Notes: generated by a model not told the origin, from the letters alone. A stretch of DNA of 64,000 bases from Thalia democratica (GCA_965202585.1 OZ241831.1:31248001-31312000); one strand, 5' to 3'; numbered from the stretch's first letter, positions 51,579-63,848 are shown. A program made the numbers and translations.

Positions 51579-52238
51579 TCAAAAGATGAGGAGTACAAAA
51601 GCGAAGAGGAGTTCTTCAATGATGATGAAATAAACGAAGGCGATGGACATATAACGACAGGAGGAGAAGAACATTTTTTATCGAGTATTAGCGATGGGGC
51701 CTGTTTTCAATTGACATCTGGATTAGAAGGAGATATGTATGACAAGATAGGAGAAGTGTTGGTTAAGCTCAATGATGCTGGATTGATACAAGCCTTGAAG
51801 GTAAGCAAGGTATCTGATAAGATAATAATAAGGAGTGACAATTCTTTAGTAAAGACCGGAGTGGAGTACACAACATCAAGTAGAATAAATCTAGATGAAC
51901 TAGTCCCCTGTGTTGAGAAGACTGGAGAATTCAGAGAGAGTAATCAATCAGATGTTGAACCGACACGTCAATACCCCAATTATTGCAAACCGGTCGATAA
52001 AACAATTGGAGAGCAAGTCTGTGCAGAGGTTCGAAGAGAAATAAGGAAAGGACCGTTCAAGTGGAAATCTGCCCCAGTGAGAGTAGATGTTGAGAATGGA
52101 ATCGCGCACTGGACCATACAAGGGATGAATAAAAAGAACAGGCCTATAAATGAGAATTTGGCCTGGGAGGAAGACGATGATAATGATGCCAAGGTTTCTT
52201 CTTTGCTCATGATACTTCTGAGTGGGAAGACGGGCTAG
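51579..52238 (+). other. Orphan open frame (220 codons stop-to-stop), acidic N-terminal part, no recognised domain
   Basis: The frame of the 51711 ORF is open back to TGA at 51576-51578 (DEEYKSEEEFFNDDEINEGD...); clearly GC-richer than background; candidate donor AAG|gtttct near 52194. Confidence 0.5.
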
Positions 52239-52379
52239 ATTATATCTCTCAAATGATGTAAGACACGTTATACAGAAGTTTAGGCAGGGATCATCTGGGC
52301 TTTTAGATTGTTAGAGACTTATCGCTACTAGAAAAAAAAAATGGTCTTTTTTAAGAGTTGATTTATGGTTTACAGACAT

Positions 52380-54709
52380 GTTAATAGAGATGTTACATTT
52401 AGTTTCGAAATGAAATTGGCAATAAGTGTTAATATATCTTGAGGGGCTGTATCCCATGATAGGTATTATTCATACATAAAACAATTAACTGGTGATTTAG
52501 AACAACTAATTGTAAAACCATTTAAATATATAAAAGGTAGATTGATTTTTTATATAGATAATAACATTCGCAATGCCAAAAGATATACATTTAGCAAACA
52601 TGAGTTTTAACTTAACCTGTGTTTGACAAGATTAAAAAAGATAAGGTTTAGTATAAGAATAAAAGTTGAAGAACTTTGGTTGAGAAAATGTTGATAAAAC
52701 TCTATTGGTGTTAATAATACTAAAGATTAGAAAGTTTTGTGATGAGAATTAAAAAAGTAAAACTTACTAATCATACAGCACCTTGTACTAAGCTAAGTGA
52801 AAAACTAAATAATAAACTACAAATATTATTCATCTGCAAGACTTTAAAAACAAGTTAAGTTTTCATATTTATATTCAATAGTAAATATAAAAAGGTTGCT
52901 CTCCAGCTATTGTAATCTTTAGAAACAGTGAAGGTTAATATTGCCTACAAACTGAATAAAAACAAACTAAAATTTAGGCTTGCTTTAAGTATGATTGAGT
53001 TTTTATTCATTAGAGTAAAGTGAAAATTATAAAGCTGTTTCAAAGCTGATAACTTATAAACTTTATCTATTTCTCAAGCAGTATTTTAAGTTAGGTTTCC
53101 TCAAGTTATCATTGGCTATTTTTCCAAAAGCATATTTAATACGATATACTATAATATTGCAAACAATAATTAACCACTCGAAATAATCAATGTTATTAGG
53201 AATCTTAAGGGTAGACACAAATTGAGTAGTCAATCTTTACAGACATGAGGAATTTAATAGAGCCTAAACCAGCTCACACTTTTAATTACGCAGTTTACAA
53301 ATGATTCAATATATAATTATACTAAGGCTTAAGCGTTTTTAATATATGACGTAATAATTAAATTTGAGTATATATTTTGCTTGAAATTTGAGCGCCAACT
53401 TTTGTATTTAAACCAAAATGTACTTTTTTACTTTACAAGATAACTCAAAGTTTTTTTGATAAGAAGATTAGAAGTTTAATTTTATGATTCGGGTAGGTAC
53501 AAAAATAAACGGAGCGTCACTTTTGCACGAACCGATCAAAGTTAAATCAAAAAAGAACAATTTTAAATTGAATAATCAAACTTTTTATTTATTGGATAAC
53601 AAGATTTTAAAGAAAAAAATTTAAGTATAAAAGTCTTATTTTTAGTAGAAAAGCACAAACTCCTGCAAAAGTGACGCATTCCCTTTTTGAAGTATTAATT
53701 ATTTGTGACCTGTTTTCTTATTTTATACAACATGAGTTGAAAATTTACTTTTGTTATAGTTATTTGAAATCGCAATTTTTAATCATACAAAATACCTATT
53801 TAAATCAAGCTTTCCTTAAATTCCCTAGCATTAAATTTAATAAGTTATTATATTGAGCATTATTATTTAGTTTATATATATTTTTTAATTTAGGCTTATA
53901 GTGTTCTTTATTTTCAAAAAGTTAAAAATCAATTGCAAAAACTATTGTACTTATAGTTTGGTAAAACTTTTGCTTGCTTAACAAACGATTTTGTATGAAT
54001 AAATGTTTTCGTTTTAATATTAACATCTACAAGTCAAAATAAGGTTGTAAAAATTAATACAAAAATACGCTGCTAAACATTGCAGTAAGAGTTTTTAGGG
54101 TTTTTGATTGTTATAAGTTTTTTCACCATTTGATAAATTAACTAGTCAATACTGAAATATATTTTTTAAATGGAAAGTTCAACAAGTGGACAGATATTTA
54201 CAATCTTACCGTATTACTTACAGAAATATTTTATGGCTACTTTAGAAGGAAACTAGAAATTCCTTATTTTGAATTTAACAAAAATTGAAAAGATATTTGG
54301 AAGGAAATGACCTATTTTTCAACAGAATTCCATTAGAGTTCAAAAACCTAGTTGATGGAGTATAAATTTGGTTGACGGTTGGTTTGTGTTTGGTTTTTAG
54401 TTTCTTAAAAATTAATATATTTAAATTTACATTGATTAAAAATCTAAAAAACACTGGCTTTGAGTATCGACCATAAATTTAAAAAAAAAAATTTCTAGCA
54501 AATACAATAGTTTTATACCATGAAATAATAAATAAACAAAATTTTATTAGACTGCCCTGATAGAAGATGGATTGGAGGTAGAAGCCAGCAAACGACCCAA
54601 TAATCTTGAAATTGAAAAGAATTATAAAAATCTAAAGCTTGAGTTAAAGGATCTGATTGATCAAAACGATAGAAAGTTCAAATTCGGTCAATTTAAGAAA
54701 CTGAACTAA
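52380..54709 (+). pseudogene. Decayed protein kinase gene (subdomains VIII-XI clear; I-VII tentative)
   Basis: 54151-54370 TEIYFLNGKFNKWTDIYNLTVLLTEIFYG (APE / DxWSxG-equivalent, with a stop). Exon 54551-54709 after ttattag|: ALIEDGLEVEASKRPNNLEIEKNYKNL (subdomain XI). Weaker: ~53030-53130 L*SCFKADNL*...PQVIIGYFSKS (HxDxKxxN / DFG-like) and ~52430-52520 IS*GAVS...LIVKPF. Confidence 0.6.
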
Positions 54710-55300
54710 GTAAATTTCTATGTCGTTCAGTAATTGAGTTTAAGTTTTCGAACAGGATTTTTAAATGACCACCGTTTATCGAATTGTAAATAGTTTTTTT
54801 TTTATGACATGCTATAAATATTTTTTTTTTAACTTTTTTTCGTTTATATGTATTTAATTTTAATTTTTTAGTTCAGTTCACTTTGACATTATTTTATTTT
54901 TTTATGTATGACTAGCTGTGCATAATGAATTATGATCAAATGTTATATTCGAAACTTATAAAAGTTTAACATTTAATATCCAAGTTATTTTTTTTTTTTT
55001 TTAATTATTGTTTTTTAATGCTTTTACAGTATGAACTTTTTCGTTTAAGTTTTAAGCAACATACTATTAAATATTTGATAAAATTATTTTTCAAGCTAAG
55101 TGAGGTGTATCTATCTTTTTTATTTGTATATATTGTATAATAAAATTCAAAACAAAACTTACTAATCTTTTTAAATGAGTTAACATAATTCATACAAATA
55201 AGTATTACGATTAATAAAAACAACAAAATGCAAACAAGTTAAATGTGACAGTACAATTTGTTATATCCTATTATTGATGTCATCATGTAACTATCATTAA

Positions 55301-56059
55301 TTATAACAGTGCAGTTGTAACAAGTGCAGTTGTAACAAATGCAGTTGTAACAAAAGAATCATTGCTCAAAATTTTTGATAAAGGTAATAAAGTTGTTATG
55401 TTTACAGATGTGTTAATAAAGGCTGAATCAGACTCAGTAGTTGTAATAAAAGAACCATTTCTCAAACTTTTAAAAGAAGACAATAAAGCTGTTGTGTCTA
55501 CAAATGCCTGTATCGAAGCTACTTCAGACTTGTAAGTTGTAAGAGAATCATCATTAGTGGAAGACAGTGAAGTTGATGCTTTTATTTTACTAGAAACTGA
55601 TAACTTGGTTAAGAATGTCATTGATGTTTTAGTCATGTTGTTTTCTGACTTTTTACATAAAAATATCATTCTATAACCACACTTTATTTTATAAACAGGT
55701 TTCATTTCCATCGTGTCTACAATCACTTCGTAACAGCTATCATTCTCATCATTCCCGTAAACTTCTATTTCCCCACTGGATATTTCATCATACTTTTCCC
55801 CATCAGCCCACTGCCCAGACCAAGTTCCATTTTCATTCAAGAATTTCAAGCCTATGCGCATAAAACCTCCAAACTGATGAGAGTACTGTAGGACATTACC
55901 AACAACCTCACCTTGCTTGATTTCTATCTTTGCGAGCTGATAGTTTTGATTTTTGCAAAACTCAACAGACTCATCGAAATTCAAATCTTTGTAGACAAAC
56001 AGAAATTCGCCGCACTTTACACGTCCTATGTTGTCCATGTAAACGGTTTTACAACTCAT
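55301..56059 (-). CDS. C-type-lectin-like domain + Ser/Thr stalk protein, truncated before the TM helix (252 aa)
   Basis: Close paralog of 62553-63848 (LNFDESVEFC...RIGL...W.GQWADG...SCY...KC...FLCKK). Diverges at FVTTA, which is triplicated (15-bp unit) just before TAA. Functional status unknown. Confidence 0.75.
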   Translation of the reverse strand: MSCKTVYMDNIGRVKCGEFLFVYKDLNFDESVEFCKNQNYQLAKIEIKQGEVVGNVLQYSHQFGGFMRIGLKFLNENGTWSGQWADGEKYDEISSGEIEVYGNDENDSCYEVIVDTMEMKPVYKIKCGYRMIFLCKKSENNMTKTSMTFLTKLSVSSKIKASTSLSSTNDDSLTTYKSEVASIQAFVDTTALLSSFKSLRNGSFITTTESDSAFINTSVNITTLLPLSKILSNDSFVTTAFVTTALVTTALL

Positions 56060-56774
56060 CTCAGTTTATCGAATACAGTTCAATTCAAAATTTGCTATTT
56101 ACACTTGAAAAAATAAAGAACAACTTAACCTTTTTCTGTAATTAATTCACAGCTTACTAATGTTTTAGTTTATCAATTAAAAGTGCATATGCAAAACTGT
56201 TTGACTGTAAGATGAAATAAAAATTGATAGTTAGAACACTATTATTTACATAAAAATATGAATTCGATACTAAAAAAAAGTTAAATGTTAAACAACTTTT
56301 ACTTATGCATATACTTAAAAAAATCTAAAGCTGTTAAATTATGATATTAAACTTTTAAAACTTATTTTTGTATTTATATAAGTAATTAAAGTTGCACTTT
56401 TTATTAACTTTATAGTAAAAACGTATAAAATAAACTTTAGTTAATAACATAAATCAATACTAATAAAACAAAGTCTTGTTATAAATGTGTATTTTTTCAA
56501 GTAAGAAAAATATCAGAAAATATACAAAACATATTTTTAAAGCATAAAAACTTGTTTTTGAACATTAAAAAGTAAATCGTGACATGAAATTTAATAAAAC
56601 TCTGGTACCCCAATAAATCGTTTAATGAATAACAACATTTTGCTTATACATTTTAAAAATCTCTTATTTAATAAATTTTTTGTGTCAAATCATTAAATGT
56701 TTTAAATATTTTTTGTAATTATTTATTAACTAATTTGCTGATATATTATAAATTTAAAAACCTTTTATTCAAAA

Positions 56775-58044
56775 CAGAGGTCGGCAACATGTGACCCGCG
56801 AGCATTTTTTTCATTTATAATGGGATGCGGCCCGTAAAAGGTAATTCTAAGGCCCGCGAGCTTGTTCGTCTGGTAAACTAAGAATTTAATTATAAGTTGA
56901 GTTTTTTGGTTAAAGTTCTGTTTTTTGGATTGTTCCATATTTTGTTCTTTATATAAAATACTCCACTATTTTAACCGCTTAAACTTAAAAAGTTAGAAAG
57001 ACAGATTGTACATTTATGATTTTTTCTTCATATTAGAAACATTAGGGTCTTACCTGCTTCTATTGATCTAAAGTTTCTGTTGAAATACTTTGCACCTTGC
57101 TTGGGCTATTCATGGATTTTGTAAGTTAATAAATTAGTACTCATTGAACAACTTTTATTAATGCATATTTTAGTAGTTTTCAATGTAATTTTAACCTTTG
57201 CACAGTTATCAAATAAAAAAGTACTTATTTAATCACACTAAGTATTTTGTTTAACGATTAATTTTTTTTTAGCTTTTCATCAAACAACTTTTTCACTGCG
57301 TTTGATAATTGATTTTTTGATAAAGCACTAAAGACATCATTATAGATACAATAATATAAAATCAATTATTTTACTTTTTTAAAGTATTATTAATTGTCAT
57401 GTATGTTAAGGCCATAGGGGAGAGTAAGCACTTTTTTTACATAATGATCTTATTTTAAAGATCTTTAACTTAACTAACAGTTACTTTTTACCGTTTTGTA
57501 AAATTCAAATTAGTTTTTCAGATATCCGTGTACAAAGTCGGAGAGCTCAATAGGGTCCTTATAAGAAGACCGAATTAAAAAGGCAAAAAAAAGACTATTT
57601 TATTAAAATCTATCTTCCCTTATAGTTTAAAAAAACTTTTTTAGTATATACTTAAATTAACAGTAAACAATTCTATTGTAGTTTGAACTAAACTATAGCT
57701 TTTTTTTTATTAAAAATGTTATAAAAAGAGATTAATAAGGACAGTTGAAAAAAATGACTTTAAATTACAATCTAAGCTCGTTTGTTTCGTGCTAGTAGGT
57801 GATAGTTAAGTAGTTAAATTACGAAATTAATAGTTAATTAGATAGGTAGTGAGTTCAGTGAGACGAAAATCACAATTTTTTCTTTTTGTAATGAACCCTA
57901 AATGCATATATAACTTATACTCAAGTATTAGACTGGTTAAAACTAAATGATTTTAAATTTTAGACTTAAACTAAAACTGCGGCCCCAGAACATGTTTTAA
58001 ATTCGAAATTTATTCTCCGAGTACCTCTAGCCTGCCGACCCCTG
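56775..58044 (-). mobile_element. hAT (Charlie/Buster-type) deletion derivative
   Basis: Ends cagaggtcggcaac / cctgccgacccctg; GGCCCGCG repeats; partial homology to 15936-16300; TSD not preserved; carries the Kolobok-like fragment at 57410. Confidence 0.75.
57410..57700. mobile_element. Kolobok-like element end nested in the hAT derivative
   Basis: TTAA|GGCCATAGGG terminus; homologous to 5832-6130. Confidence 0.4.
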
Positions 58045-58836
58045 GCTTAGAACAACTTTATTTACATTTTTGAACTTTTAAGTGTTCAAAAATCTTAAAC
58101 TTTTATTTATTTGTTTATCTATTTTTTTTAACTTTGATAGTCAATAGTTTGAATTTTATACGCAGTTTAAAATTATACCACATAAAAAAAAACTAGTACT
58201 ATGAATATTTGTAATTCAATTAAATAAACATCACTACAACTTTAATATATACACACACTTATCAGGTACTATATTAAACTAAGAAAACGTTTTATGTTGA
58301 AAAAATAATAAAGCTGTATTGTGTAAGGATAATTAAATAATTTTATTAGTTTACAATTTAATCTGAATGTAAACTAGAACAAATACAAAAATATATAAAT
58401 TAATGAAAAGTAGGTCTGTTTTTTTTTTGTTCGTAACAATTATACATTAAAACGATGAAATAAAGCTTTCAATATTAAAAATATATATAAAAAACTAAAG
58501 CTCATATTATATTACATAAAAATAAAAAGAATAATACTTATTGCGAACAACAAAAAAGAGTTTTACTTCTGTATTCTTAAAATTGAAAACATATTACGAA
58601 TACTTGATATAAAAAATTTAAAGTAATTCCAATATTAATGACTTCTGCATTAACATTTTAGTTGGAAAACTTAACTTTAGACGATGTTAACGAAACAAAA
58701 ACTCTTATCATACATTGGTTATCATATAAATAACTAATTGTAAAAGACAATAAACTTTGTTTCTATCTATTAATTTATACACCTTGCACCATACATTTAA
58801 AATTTAACACTTCACTTCGACATCAACGGTTTGTTA

Positions 58837-58994
58837 CAAAGTTTTATCAGGTTCATGAAGAAATTTCCAAAAATTAAACTAATCATGCCCGGACACAGAG
58901 TAAGTAGGGTTCTTTTTAGAATGACTTTACTCTGAGTCTGGGCGTGATAAGTTTAATTTCTTAAATAATACTTCATGAAACTCAATCAAACTTG
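58837..58994. repeat. Fold-back element (imperfect ~65-bp arms)
   Basis: taaactaatcatgcccggacacagagtaag pairs with ctttactctgagtctgggcgtgataagttta; outer ttcatgaag / cttcatgaa and caaagttt / aaacttg also pair. Confidence 0.75.
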
Positions 58995-59238
58995 TTAAAC
59001 TTATTCTCAAATAGCTACTCTTTGATATTTTTTTTGTTTAAAATATTTAAGGCGGTTTTAAAAATTTATTAACGCCGAACTTTTGTAAATAGGTAGATGC
59101 CAGTTTATGAAATTTTTCGCTTTTTTTGAAATTCCGGAAGTTTCTGAATATTTAATAAAAAATAACGTCTTTTTGTTAACTGACTGTAAGTATTTTTTAT
59201 TTTTGTGTAACCAGTTAAAATTTCACATCACGCTAGTT

Positions 59239-62090
59239 CAGGGGTCGGCAGGCAGTTGGCGCTCGCAGGCAAAACTTCAAGTTTCAAAAATCTTCGCGGG
59301 CCACAGTTTTAGTTTTAGTAACATTGCAATTATCTGTTGGTTTTAGTTTTAGTAACAATTTAGTTTACTTTTATTCAGATTACTATTTTAATTTGCTTTT
59401 AGCTACACATAGAATATCTATTTAAATTATAAACATTTATTGGAATCAAGTTTAAATTGACTAATACAATTAAGTCTTAATAAACTTTGTACTATTTTGA
59501 AAAGTTCATAAGTTAAACTTAATATTTTTATTATTTTACTTACAATCTAACTCTCTATAATTACCAAGCTTGAATATTTTTATGATTCAGTTGTATACAT
59601 TTTTTTTCGTTATAAACCACTTTTCATATTTGAAAAAATATTAACCGTTGAAAATAAATTTTGCCTTTTAAAAAGTTTGCACTCTTAAAAAAAACCACTG
59701 ATTAGTTAACTAAATAGAATTAATACCTGTTTGTATTGTAAAAAATTATTATAATTAATGTTCAATAGCTTATTAGTAATTTATTAGTCTTATACTTGGT
59801 TGTCTCTTTAACAGCAAAAATACCTGAGTTAAATCAGGCCAGTCTAAGTTTGTTAAAAGTTTATTGAAAAAAAAAAAACTAGCTGTAAATCAAGCTTATA
59901 TACCTGACTAAAATATCATCATTATAAACAGTACAAAATATGTAATTAGCCTGTAAAAAAACTACAATAAATAAACTACACTAAAGTCATAAAAACTATT
60001 CTGAGAATTCGAAGATTTACTCTAAGTACTTGAGACAAAAGTTTCACACACACCTAAGTTTTCAAAAACACCTTAAACAGGTTTAACCTGGTCTGAGTTT
60101 TAAAATTTTTAAACTAACCTGTTTGTTAAGCAACCCTATTTAAAATAAAGTTCACAAAATAAAGAAGTAACAAAGTTTTTTGACAGTAAATTAGATATAG
60201 GTAGAAAAAAATCTTTGCTCTGAGTCAGCTTCAACGGACAGTAAAGTTTCTTAAATATTTATAACGAAAATACAAAAATTAATTAAGCATTAATGAAGTA
60301 GAAAAACTTATTTTTTATTCAGCATTATAGCAATTCTTTATCTGCAGTAAAATTATTGTATTTTAAAAAAGTAAACATGAAATATAAGACGAACTATAAG
60401 AACTAAAAAACGTTTGTTAGGAGTCATTGTAAGAAACAATAAAATAAAAAAAACAAATTGCTTAAGCCAGTTTTAACAAAGCACATGATTATCTCCTTTA
60501 ACTACAGACTGTCAAAAAACTGTCAAGACATTTATAAAGTAGTAAAAGTAATTACTAAATTTAGAATTGAAAACTTTTTTAAAGAATTTGTCTCGGCGGT
60601 AGTAAAAAAAATCGTTTATTTTTTTAATAACAACAGAAGTCGTGTTTAGGAAATGCATGAATATTGTAAAGACGCATAAATTAAATTTATTTACTTTAAC
60701 CTATCTCCTAAGATCAGAGCACTGCTACAATAAATACTGCTCATCTGAGAATTCTTATTAGAGGTGCTTTTACTAACTTCGAAATTTAAGAACAATTTCT
60801 CGGTTTAGCTTCAATGCAAAGCACATCAATAGGTAAAGACATAACAAAAGCAATGGTGCAACGCACCATTATAATGGGTGTTGATCTTAAGTTTTTGTCA
60901 CAAACAATGTTGCTACTGCAATTATTGCTATATACATGATGGTAATAAGATTTTGTTTTAAAACCAGATCTTGGAACTATCTTGTTTATCAATTAATTTC
61001 ATTTAGTAATAAACTAAGAAGCATTATGTGCGAAGAAATCAAGCTCAATATTTATGAAATTAACAATTAAAGTTGTGAACACAGTTTTGTCAAGTGATTT
61101 TACCACTGACAGTTTTAAAAAATAGTCGACGAAGCGGAAAGTCAATACGTTGTCCTGGTTTACTTTTAGCTTGTTCTTTGGTTAAGCTTTTGCTTGATGT
61201 TAAAAAGAGTCTACAAATTAAGGAATAAAATTTAATCTTTTGTTGAAAGCATCAATATAAATGCTACTATGTATAAAGAAAAAAAACTATAGCAGCTTCA
61301 AAACTTAATATATAATATTTAAAACTAATATTAAAACCAAAAATTTTAATATAACAAACATACATCATAAGTTTTGCTTGCCACTCTTCAAAACAATAAA
61401 GCAAGCATGAGTGACCGAAAACTAGCCTGAATTTTAGAATAAAAAAAAGTATATAAGCTAAATACTGAAAAAATGCCTAAACCACCCTGAAATTTGCAAA
61501 TTGTTCAAGCTACCCTGACTTAGTCTAAATTTGTGGCAATGTTAAGTTGTTAATTGCTTGAACTTGATTTATTTTGGTTACCAATTTGTAGACTTAATAC
61601 ATTTACCATCTCTAAATCTGGTATACTTTAAGTAGGTATTTTCAAAAAATAGCATCTGTGTTTATTAGTATGCAAACAAAAGAAATATATTTGAATTTCC
61701 AAAAAGTGTTGTTTAAAAAATTAAAACTTTTATTTATCAAAAACTAATTTAATTTGTGTCATATATACTGTTTTAAATAAGTATATGTAATTACTTAGAT
61801 ATTACATATAGAAACAATAATAATAATAAATAATATTTTTACAAAAGTGAATCTCAATAAATATTAAATAAAAAAAAGGTAAGAAAATGGTTAAAAACAT
61901 TGCTGTACACTAATGTGCATAGGAATTAATATACTGCACAGAAACTTCTAATAAAAAATTTAAAAATCAAAATATAATAAACTTTAATTTTTATTATTCT
62001 GCTGTTTTAAATGTTTTTGTGTACACTCAAATACAACTTATAGTGACAAAAATTCTGTATAAGAAACTTGATATAAGTTAAATGTCAAAT
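59239..62090 (+). mobile_element. hAT (Charlie/Buster-type) element, inverted relative of 15936-19133, one end missing
   Basis: Starts CAGGGGTCGGCAGGCAGTTGG, the reverse complement of 19113-19133; colinear reverse homology continues to about 16400 of the first copy. Confidence 0.85.
60712..61250 (+). pseudogene. hAT transposase fossil (GTF2IRD2 / Buster-like)
   Basis: DQSTATINTAHLRILIRG...FEI*EQFLGLASMQSTSIG.DI (DESTD..TAQL.IFIRG), FHLVIN*EALCAK (HCIIHQEALCAK), ESQY..LVYF*LVLWLS..MLKRVYKLRN.I (EYGDLLY..EVRWLS); stops and frameshifts. Confidence 0.85.
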
Positions 62091-62552
62091 TTCGTGTTTT
62101 TGTTCAAGTTTTAATCAGTTTAATTTATTAAATATACAGGTGATCAGTACTATTGGTCTGAAAAGAGGTATTAAACAAAAAAATCTGTTTTTCAAACCCT
62201 GGTTGTATATACATAAATTTCTTAATCTTTTTTTTGTGACAGTTTAAATTTCAGTTTATTAGCTACTTCAGCTTATAAGACTAATATGTATCAGTTCCGA
62301 TAAAAATTCTTTATGTATCTTTACTATTTTCTGCAATTATTTAAAAGACAAATTCATACAGTCTTAAATTAAAATTAAGGAATAATAGTTTCATCAAAGA
62401 AAATAAATCAAAAGTAATATACTTTTTTGAAGTTTTATAGTTTTATTCTCAATATAAAAAAATTAATCACTTTTTACAAACTCAGAAACGTTAATCCAGA
62501 AGCTATAATCGTCATCGGGGTCAACAGAGTGTTTATTAGTTTATTTGTCGCT

Positions 62553-63848
62553 TTATTCATTAGTGTCAACATCACGCGTAATTATGACGTAATTTTTAGC
62601 AACATCACACGAAATAGGTGGTGAGGCTAAAAGATTTTCTAACTTCAAGTCTGCACGATTCAAACTTGCATCTGTTGTGACGTCATTTGTTGTCGATATG
62701 ACGTCATCATGAGTTGGACAAAACCGAGTAATGACGTTGTTGTGACAAGGGTTACACGAAATTGGAAGCAAAACGTCGATTTTGTGTTCTGTGTTTTTCA
62801 CGCTTGCAGCTGTTGTGACGTCATTCCTAGTGAGGTTGTTATCCGTTGGTATGAGGTCATAAAACTCAGTTTCAACTGGTGAGAATCGGATTGTAGACAT
62901 TTCATTATTTTTTTTATTCTTGTTTCGTTTTCTTCGTTTCTTACTTTTGATGTAATAAGCAAGTAAAAGGAGCAAAGTAACAAAAACTAAACACGTTGCA
63001 AAGCTTATCCCAAACAATAATTTTTTATTGTTATAAAAACTACGTTTATATGCATCAGTGTTTAAAAAACTACCTGGGTTTGAAGTTGTTCTCTTTGTAA
63101 ATTTCTTAGAAAATTCTTCATCATACTCTGCAGTTGTAACAAATGAATCATTTCTCAAAGTTTTAGATAAAGGTAATAAAGTTGTGGTGTTTACAGATGT
63201 GTTAATAAAGGCTGAATCAGACTCAGTAGTGGTAGTGAAATAGCTATTTGTTAAGCTTTTAGAAGAAGACAATAAAGCTGTTGTGTCTACAGATGGCTGT
63301 ATAGAAGCTATATCAGACTTGTAAGTTGTAAGAGAATCATCATTAGTGGAAGACAGTGAATTTGTTGCTTTTACTTTAGTAAAAGCTGATAACTTGGTTA
63401 AGAATGTCATTGATTTTATGGTCACATTGTTTTCTGACTTTTTACATAAAAAAATCATTTTATAACCACACTTTATTTTATAAACAGGTTTCATTTCCAT
63501 CGTGTCTACAATCACTTCGTAACAGCTATCATTTTCATCATTCCCGTAAACTTCTATTTCCCCACTGGATATTTCATCATACTTTTCCCCGTCAGCCCAC
63601 TGCCCAGACCAAATTCCATTTTTATTGAAGAATTTCAAACCTATACGCATAAAACCTCCAGTTTGATATGTGTACTGTAGGACTTCACCAACAACCTCAC
63701 CTTGATTGATTTTTACCTTTGCGAGTTGATAGTTTTGATTTTTGCAAAACTCAACAGACTCATCGAAATTCAAATCTTTGTAGACAAACAGAAATTCGCC
63801 GCACTTTACACGTCCTATGTTGTCCATGTAAACCGTTTTACAAATCAT
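62553..63848 (-). CDS. Single-pass membrane protein: C-type-lectin-like domain, mucin-like S/T stalk, TM helix, cytoplasmic tail (431 aa)
   Basis: CTLD cysteine / WIGL-like pattern; S/T-rich stalk with several N-x-S/T sequons; TM LLFGISFATCLVFVTLLLLLAYYI followed by KSKKRRKR; tail with YDLI and YVII. No signal peptide in frame. Confidence 0.85.
   Translation of the reverse strand: MICKTVYMDNIGRVKCGEFLFVYKDLNFDESVEFCKNQNYQLAKVKINQGEVVGEVLQYTYQTGGFMRIGLKFFNKNGIWSGQWADGEKYDEISSGEIEVYGNDENDSCYEVIVDTMEMKPVYKIKCGYKMIFLCKKSENNVTIKSMTFLTKLSAFTKVKATNSLSSTNDDSLTTYKSDIASIQPSVDTTALLSSSKSLTNSYFTTTTESDSAFINTSVNTTTLLPLSKTLRNDSFVTTAEYDEEFSKKFTKRTTSNPGSFLNTDAYKRSFYNNKKLLFGISFATCLVFVTLLLLLAYYIKSKKRRKRNKNKKNNEMSTIRFSPVETEFYDLIPTDNNLTRNDVTTAASVKNTEHKIDVLLPISCNPCHNNVITRFCPTHDDVISTTNDVTTDASLNRADLKLENLLASPPISCDVAKNYVIITRDVDTNE

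Noticed and set aside
51382-52335. Endogenous rhabdovirus-like P gene (TATGAAAAGAAATCAACAG resembles a gene junction; acidic ORF; A10 run at ~52322)
   Set aside because: The junction motif is imperfect and has no nearby ATG, A-runs are ubiquitous here, splice-donor motifs are present, and the downstream frame fits kinase remnants better. A significant HHpred / BLAST hit to Mononegavirales would revive the idea.
60786-60992. 68-aa minus-strand ORF
   Set aside because: Antisense to the plus-strand transposase fossil.
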